A stretch of 64,000 nucleotides of DNA from a virus: IMG/VR virus record IMGVR_UViG_3300002064_000002; one strand, written 5' to 3'. The translations under genes and the position numbers were made by a program. Positions 58,323 through 64,000 of the stretch are shown piece after piece. Position 1 is the first letter of the stretch. Every line of letters starts with the position of its first letter. A model generated the notes under the pieces. It saw only the letters and a program-made list of their open reading frames with translations, was not told the origin of the DNA and searched no databases.

Positions 58323-58862
58323 ATGGAAAACAATGTAAATTTCCCAAGCACAGAAGCACCTTCAGTTTTAACTATTACTTCAGTAGAAGAAAAAACAGCT
58401 ACTGATGGTAGATTGTACAAAACTGTACGAGTAAGTCACACGCCATACAAGATGGTATTGGACTTTGCTACTAATGAAATGATTCCTGTAGCAGGAGATT
58501 CTATTAGCTCTGGTTTCAATGTATGGGAGCGTGATTCTGATACAATTGGTGGAAGAATTAATCCTGATTATGCTTCTTATAAAGAAGGAGTAAAGAAGTT
58601 AGGATCGATTGTTAAGAGCTTTGTAAAGCCTTATGAAATTGATGATATTATGAATGATACTATCAGAACAGTAAATACTGCTTCTGTAGTTGTTGTTGGT
58701 GATTCAACTGCTCCAGATTGGGATCTAGCTGTAAAGGCAGAATTCAGAAATCGTGGTCAAGAATTAGACTTTGAAGCTACAGAGCGTATTTCTGAGGCTA
58801 ATGTAGTACAAGATCTTCAAGCTCAAAGAGTTAAAGAAGCTAAGGCAGATGCTGCTCTATAA
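58323..58862 (+). CDS. Putative single-stranded DNA-binding protein (crAss-like OB fold)
   Basis: LGSIVKSFVKPYEI..RTVNTASVVVVGD pattern, recalled from crAss-like SSBs; near the polymerase gene. Confidence 0.45.
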   Translation: MENNVNFPSTEAPSVLTITSVEEKTATDGRLYKTVRVSHTPYKMVLDFATNEMIPVAGDSISSGFNVWERDSDTIGGRINPDYASYKEGVKKLGSIVKSFVKPYEIDDIMNDTIRTVNTASVVVVGDSTAPDWDLAVKAEFRNRGQELDFEATERISEANVVQDLQAQRVKEAKADAAL

Positions 58863-58937
58863 GAATAGGGATTAGGTTTGTAACAGAAGGTCTTCACTTA
58901 ATTGTGGAGACTTTCTTTTTTATTAAAAAACAAGACA

Positions 58938-59549
58938 ATGAAAAAACAATTATACTTCCAATTATTCTTTATTATATTAGGATTCACAATTGTGGGTTTT
59001 GATAGGATAGATGAAATAAGTACATTAGACAAGAATTTAATTTATGCTGCTGTATATACAGAGCAAGATCCTAGGTATACATCTGATTTTGAGATACAGC
59101 TCATAGTAGAATGTATCATTTACAAAAAGCATAAGTATATGAAAGATAGTTCATTTGCTGATTATTTTTTTAAGTATCCAGATCATTTTCAAGGTCTTAG
59201 AGATATTCAAAAATTTAATGATGCTAATTCTAGAAAAGCTACTACTAATAAAATTATACTGGCTAATAGAGAAAGATTAGTGAAAATCAAGAAAATAGTA
59301 GATGATAGAATTAAACAAGGTACTGCTAGACCTATAGAATATTACCATCATTCATACACAAAGAATATAAAATTTAGCGATGGCTCTACTAAGAAGTTAA
59401 ATACTAAGCATATTGAGTACGTGGAGTGTAAAGTAGAAGAAGGTACCCATATAAAACATACAGATAATTTGTATCACGATTTCTTTGAGGTGAAATCTCC
59501 ATCTGCAAAATATTACAGATATAGAAATATCCTCAAAACTATTTATTAA
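58938..59549 (+). CDS. SleB-like (Hydrolase_2) cell wall hydrolase with an N-terminal hydrophobic anchor
   Basis: LIYAAVYTE..IVECII..HFQG..EYYHH..HDFF; likely start ATG 58938. Confidence 0.55.
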   Translation: MKKQLYFQLFFIILGFTIVGFDRIDEISTLDKNLIYAAVYTEQDPRYTSDFEIQLIVECIIYKKHKYMKDSSFADYFFKYPDHFQGLRDIQKFNDANSRKATTNKIILANRERLVKIKKIVDDRIKQGTARPIEYYHHSYTKNIKFSDGSTKKLNTKHIEYVECKVEEGTHIKHTDNLYHDFFEVKSPSAKYYRYRNILKTIY

Positions 59550-59566
59550 CAATTAAAATCTAAGTT

Positions 59567-60586
59567 ATGTCAAAGACTACATTTAAAAAAAAGCTTTCCA
59601 GTAAAATAAAATATATGCCTTATGGCAATAGAGCCGTAGATATGTCTCATGTCAATACATTAAAAAGATCGATCCTGCAATATGGATTACTTAGATCTGT
59701 AGTTACTTTTAAGACTAAAATATTTTCTGGAGAAGGAAAAATTGAAGAATTTATAGGCGATGGCCAACATATGATTAAAGCAGCAGAAATGCTTGGTAAA
59801 GCACATGAGTTAACTGTTATTCAATACACTAAACCATTAGAAACTATTAAAGAAATAATTCTCTTTGTAGCCAGTCTTAATACTACTAGTAAAAAATGGA
59901 ATTTATCTGATTTTGTAAATATCTGGAAATATGAAAATATTGATTATGAAAAATTAGTAAAGTATAAAGTAGCTTATCCTTCTTTATATTATAGTCACCT
60001 TGCTATAGCATTGAACCCTAGTAATAATCATAAGACTTCTATAGGTAATATTATAAAGTCAGGAGATTTTAAAATTGCTAAGAAAACTCATGATATATCT
60101 AAGATGATATTAATTTTAGATCAACAGGAAGTAGATGTGATTTTAGCTAGTGTATTAGGGTATTTATCATTAAAGATAGAAGACAATAGTATGTTTATAG
60201 CTCATATTTTAAAAGGTAAAGGAGAAAAAGGTAATAATTGTATGGCTGGGAATACTTCTATATTTATAGATGCTGATCAAAAAGACGAAGATCCTTTTCA
60301 ATACCAAATTGATATGCAAAGTAAGATGGATAAGGTTACTAAAGATTTTGTAGAAGAAGTTATGAAGGCAGATAAAGAACATTATACTAAAATGGATAAT
60401 GCTAAATCTGCTGTTTATAGGAAGACTAGAACAAATGATGTAGCTGAGCAAATGAAGCAAAGCAATGCTTTAGAGGATACTATTACTAGTAAAGAATTCT
60501 TATTTGAGAAGTTAAATTTCTATCAGGATGACTCTATTATGTATGACAAGCTTCTCAAGATAGGAAGAGAAAAGAAGTTTATTTAA
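59567..60586 (+). CDS. ParB/Srx-like N-terminal domain fused to an unrelated C-terminal region
   Basis: NRAVDMSHVNTLKRSI..GLLRSVV..IGDGQHM. Confidence 0.6.
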   Translation: MSKTTFKKKLSSKIKYMPYGNRAVDMSHVNTLKRSILQYGLLRSVVTFKTKIFSGEGKIEEFIGDGQHMIKAAEMLGKAHELTVIQYTKPLETIKEIILFVASLNTTSKKWNLSDFVNIWKYENIDYEKLVKYKVAYPSLYYSHLAIALNPSNNHKTSIGNIIKSGDFKIAKKTHDISKMILILDQQEVDVILASVLGYLSLKIEDNSMFIAHILKGKGEKGNNCMAGNTSIFIDADQKDEDPFQYQIDMQSKMDKVTKDFVEEVMKADKEHYTKMDNAKSAVYRKTRTNDVAEQMKQSNALEDTITSKEFLFEKLNFYQDDSIMYDKLLKIGREKKFI

Positions 60587-60651
60587 TTAGTTAATATTAT
60601 AGAGTCACTACTACTACCAATAGTGGTGGCTCTTTTTTAAATAAAATAAAT

Positions 60652-60852
60652 ATGGCAAGAAAGAAAAGATTTAAACCAAGTGATAAGAATATGCATAAAT
60701 ATAATGTAATAGATAAAGGAGGACAGTATCCTATTTATATTAGAAAAGATGTGGGAACATACAGTACAATCACATTTGATGGTATTGTAGTAAACAGTAA
60801 TGATGAAAAAATTAATGAAGGAGACGTATTAAATCAAAACGAAGAATTATGA
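60652..60852 (+). CDS. Hypothetical protein
   Basis: ORF after a hairpin. Confidence 0.45.
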   Translation: MARKKRFKPSDKNMHKYNVIDKGGQYPIYIRKDVGTYSTITFDGIVVNSNDEKINEGDVLNQNEEL

Positions 60853-61430
60853 AAAGACCTAATATAGTAGACTTTGTTAGAGGAGGACTTCCAGATTATT
60901 GGAAATATTCTACAGCAATGTCTAAATATGCAGACTATTTAGAATTAGAACTTACTATAGGAAGAAAAGAAGAAACATCAGCTCATATTTTATTAGATGA
61001 AACTACTATAGAAGAATTTTTTGAGCAACTTACAATAGAAGAGCAATTAGAACTAATGACTAATAGTGCAGAATTAATGAATAGAGATAAGTCTCAGATA
61101 CTAAAAAAAGCTATGCTAACTTTAGTAACTGATGATATGCTTTCAGATACAAACTACACTTTATTAAAGAAAGGAAGTGTAACAATGGAAGACTATGAAA
61201 AGACTACTGTTAGAGGACCGGAAGCTTATAAAGGAGCTTTAGATGATATGCATCCAGGAGATATATCAGAAGATACATCTGAAAGCAATGCTATTGATAC
61301 TATACAATTACTTTTAGATAAAAAAATGGAGCAAGTAGATTGGCCTTCATCTGAAATCCAGACATATGCTCAAGGATTGTCTGATATGTATAATTATTTA
61401 CAGAAAGATAAAAGTTTTATTCACCATTAA
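60849..61430 (+). CDS. Hypothetical protein
   Basis: Coupled ORF. Confidence 0.5.
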   Translation: MKRPNIVDFVRGGLPDYWKYSTAMSKYADYLELELTIGRKEETSAHILLDETTIEEFFEQLTIEEQLELMTNSAELMNRDKSQILKKAMLTLVTDDMLSDTNYTLLKKGSVTMEDYEKTTVRGPEAYKGALDDMHPGDISEDTSESNAIDTIQLLLDKKMEQVDWPSSEIQTYAQGLSDMYNYLQKDKSFIHH

Positions 61431-61439
61431 AATAGAAAA

Positions 61440-63689
61440 ATGATATACACTTACGGATTTGAAATAGAGGGGAAAGGAATAGCAGGGATAGATTCGTTGG
61501 ATGACATTGCAAATCATTTACTATCATTGGAATATATTGGATTAGATACAGAAACTACTAGAAAGCATAAAAAATATACCTATAGTGAACAATGGTATAA
61601 AGCTGGTTTAGATCCGTATTTAACTGATATTCTAATGATACAGATGGGTAACGAAGAACATCAATATATATTTGATATGCGTTCTGAAAAATGTAAAGGA
61701 CCAGAATTCAAAGAGTTCTTGGAAAAGATTCTTACTGAGAAGAAATTGAAGAAGATACTCCACAATGCAAAGTTTGATTTAAAGCATATATTGCATAATT
61801 ATGAGATCTGGACAGAGAATATTTGGGATACTATGATATGTGAGCAGATACTGTATAATGGATTAAATTACAGAAATAGTTTAATGGATTTAGCTAAGAG
61901 ATATCTTGATGCTAAAGACGCTAATAAGATGAATCTTTTCAACGGTGATGATTATATTACTGAAGAAAAAGATAAGATACTTAGTGATGATGATATGTTC
62001 TTATTAGGTACGGTAGAAGAAGGTAATGATCAGATCATACTGGATAAGTCTGTTAGAAAAGAGTTCGTGGAGTGGGGCGATAAGCCTTTCACCTTGGAAC
62101 AAATTTATTATGGTAGCGACGACTGTATTTTACCATGTAAGATCTATAAGCTGCAAAGAGTTGGTAGAAGAATTAAGGATGAGCAATGGAGGCCAGATCT
62201 TGCATTTAGAATGGAAAATAAAGTTACTCAATGCTTAGCTGATATAGAGCTAGTAGGTATGCCTTTTGATGAAGCATTATGGAGAGATACTTATGCACAG
62301 AATGTTATTGTACTAGCAGAAAGAAAGAAGGTACTAGATGATTTTGTAATTAATAACTGTCCTGATTTTACTGGATCAATTGATATGTTTAGAAAAGAGC
62401 CTGTATGTGCTGTACAATGGTCTAGTTTTAAGCAAGTAGTTACATTATTTAAAAGATTAGGTATAGCTAGAAAGGAAAGGTCTAAGCAAACTAAGAGAAA
62501 AGAATGGACTGTGGGAGCTAAAGTAATGTTTAGGCAATTATCTAATGATCTTAAAATACAGTTTTATAAAAATGAAATGCCAGAGGATCTGGATCTTCTA
62601 GCTAATGACTATAAAGGCCTCATACTAGCTTACCTATTGTACAAGAAGTCAGAGCAGTTAACTACTACATTCGGATTGGATTGGTTAAAACATATACATC
62701 CGGTTACTGGTAGAATTCATACTAATTTTAGGCAGTATATGTCTACTGGTCGTGTATCTTCTTCTAGACCAAATTGCCAGCAGCTACCCAGTACTCCTTT
62801 ATTTAGGAGATGTTTTACTGACGGTACACCTTATGTGAACTGTGATTACGCTTCTCAAGAATCACGAGTCCTAGCAGATTTGTCTAAAAATGAGACTTTA
62901 ATAGATTTCTATAATAATGGACACCCTACATTCGGATCTGATCTTCATTCTTATACAGCTACTATGATGTATCGAGCATTACTCGGAGATTCAGATTTGG
63001 TCATTACTAAAAAAACAGATGCTGCTAAAAGAAATACAGCTAAAGGAGTAGGTTTTTCTATAGTATATGGAGCATCAGAATATTCTATAGCACAGAATTT
63101 AGGTATTACTGAAGAAGAAGGAGTAGCATTTATTAATTCTTATTTTGATGCTTACCCTGGATTAAGAGAACATTTTGAAAAAGGAAAATCTCATTTTAGA
63201 AAAAATGGATGGATAAGACTATGTCCTTTTTCTGATAAAAGATATTTTTTTAAACAATATGATGAGATGTGGAGACTCTTTAGAGAAGCAGTAGAATTGA
63301 GACCTCAAAGCTGGGAACATATGAATGCACAACAAAAAGAAGAATGTAAAGCTGTACTTAGAGAGACTACTAATTGGAATGATCTATGGAGGGAACATGC
63401 ATTTTTAAGAGGAGCTGGAGAACGTAAATCAATGAATTACTTTATCCAAGGATCTGCAGCTAGTCAATTAAAAATGGCTCTTATACTATTCTATAGAGAT
63501 AGAACAAGTAAGTCGCAGCATATATCACTCGTATGTCATGATGAGGCATTGGGAATGTCAGAAGATACAGATTTACTAGAACAGACCAGACTATTAGTAC
63601 AAAAATCTATGGAAGATGGTGGAGCTTATGTAGTAAAGTCAATACCTATGGTTGCCGAGTCTCAACTTTCCCTTATTTGGGAGCACTGA
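61440..63689 (+). CDS. polA: Family A DNA polymerase with a 3'-5' exonuclease domain
   Basis: LDTETT, HNAKFD, YGSDD (exonuclease); TGRVSSSRPNCQQLP, DYASQESRVLA, AKGVGFSIVYG, NYFIQGSAA, HDE. Confidence 0.95.
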   Translation: MIYTYGFEIEGKGIAGIDSLDDIANHLLSLEYIGLDTETTRKHKKYTYSEQWYKAGLDPYLTDILMIQMGNEEHQYIFDMRSEKCKGPEFKEFLEKILTEKKLKKILHNAKFDLKHILHNYEIWTENIWDTMICEQILYNGLNYRNSLMDLAKRYLDAKDANKMNLFNGDDYITEEKDKILSDDDMFLLGTVEEGNDQIILDKSVRKEFVEWGDKPFTLEQIYYGSDDCILPCKIYKLQRVGRRIKDEQWRPDLAFRMENKVTQCLADIELVGMPFDEALWRDTYAQNVIVLAERKKVLDDFVINNCPDFTGSIDMFRKEPVCAVQWSSFKQVVTLFKRLGIARKERSKQTKRKEWTVGAKVMFRQLSNDLKIQFYKNEMPEDLDLLANDYKGLILAYLLYKKSEQLTTTFGLDWLKHIHPVTGRIHTNFRQYMSTGRVSSSRPNCQQLPSTPLFRRCFTDGTPYVNCDYASQESRVLADLSKNETLIDFYNNGHPTFGSDLHSYTATMMYRALLGDSDLVITKKTDAAKRNTAKGVGFSIVYGASEYSIAQNLGITEEEGVAFINSYFDAYPGLREHFEKGKSHFRKNGWIRLCPFSDKRYFFKQYDEMWRLFREAVELRPQSWEHMNAQQKEECKAVLRETTNWNDLWREHAFLRGAGERKSMNYFIQGSAASQLKMALILFYRDRTSKSQHISLVCHDEALGMSEDTDLLEQTRLLVQKSMEDGGAYVVKSIPMVAESQLSLIWEH

Positions 63690-63710
63690 TTAACAATTAA
63701 AGAAAAAATA

Positions 63711-63974
63711 ATGAAGAGAGATAAACTAAGATTTATGTTGAATTTACATTTCAGAAAAGAACACGTAGAAAAGATCTTGTATAATGTATTAAGTAAGCAT
63801 AGATATGAAGGTATTAAAGGAAGTTCTTTTGCTAATATTAGTAGTTTTATAATGAATGCTTTTCATTGGGGTAGCAGTAAAGAAGGAGCTCATTACTGGA
63901 ACACTTTTCATGACTTTTATCCTAAAAAACCAAATGGAATATGTATTAGTACAAAAGGAATAATAGAAAAATAA
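63711..63974 (+). CDS. Hypothetical protein
   Basis: ORF after the polymerase; the next ORF starts at 63974 and runs off the window. Confidence 0.55.
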   Translation: MKRDKLRFMLNLHFRKEHVEKILYNVLSKHRYEGIKGSSFANISSFIMNAFHWGSSKEGAHYWNTFHDFYPKKPNGICISTKGIIEK

Positions 63975-64000
63975 TGATAATTAATAAAAAAGATATTGAA

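Noticed and set aside
1-64000. Stop-codon reassignment (TAG or TGA), common in some crAss-like phages
   Set aside because: Very long ORFs are intact in code 11 on both arms, TAG terminates several genes cleanly (for example 9798, 45416, 47200), and no canonical suppressor tRNA was found
1-64000. CRISPR array, diversity-generating retroelement, integrase, inteins
   Set aside because: No regularly spaced repeats, reverse transcriptase or recombinase motifs were seen, and the polymerase and terminase lengths and motifs are uninterrupted

Overview
This 64 kb window is part of a crAss-like (Crassvirales-type) phage genome in standard genetic code. The host is probably a T9SS-bearing Bacteroidota species, inferred from a type B T9SS C-terminal domain, DUF1573, signal peptides followed by Gln, and A-rich leaders without Shine-Dalgarno sites. 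From 1 to about 40,800 the minus strand carries the late/virion module in crAss-like order: RepL-like, PD-(D/E)xK nuclease, terminase, portal, scaffold-like, major capsid, two conserved post-capsid proteins, ring proteins, a glycoside-hydrolase tail protein, IHF-like, muzzle, cargo proteins, and the start of a giant ejected protein that runs off the window. From about 41,450 to 64,000 the plus strand carries early/accessory and replication genes, including a phosphoesterase, RNA ligase, GHKL ATPase, GIY-YIG endonuclease, SSB-like protein, SleB-like hydrolase, ParB-like protein and family A DNA polymerase. The standout observations are: (1) seven divergent small SH3/KOW-like paralogues that all end in F-[ST]-Y-x-I-Y; (2) a phage-encoded T9SS substrate with an O-glycosylation-motif stalk, plus a predicted outer-membrane beta-barrel 0.7 kb downstream, both interleaved with the paralogues; (3) a complete type I hammerhead ribozyme; (4) two anticodon-less tRNA mimics, one 56 nt with a G3-U70 pair beside an RNA ligase/phosphoesterase pair and one of 144 nt; (5) strikingly Cys-rich virion proteins. 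All family assignments come from motif recognition by eye; no database searches or folding programs were run.
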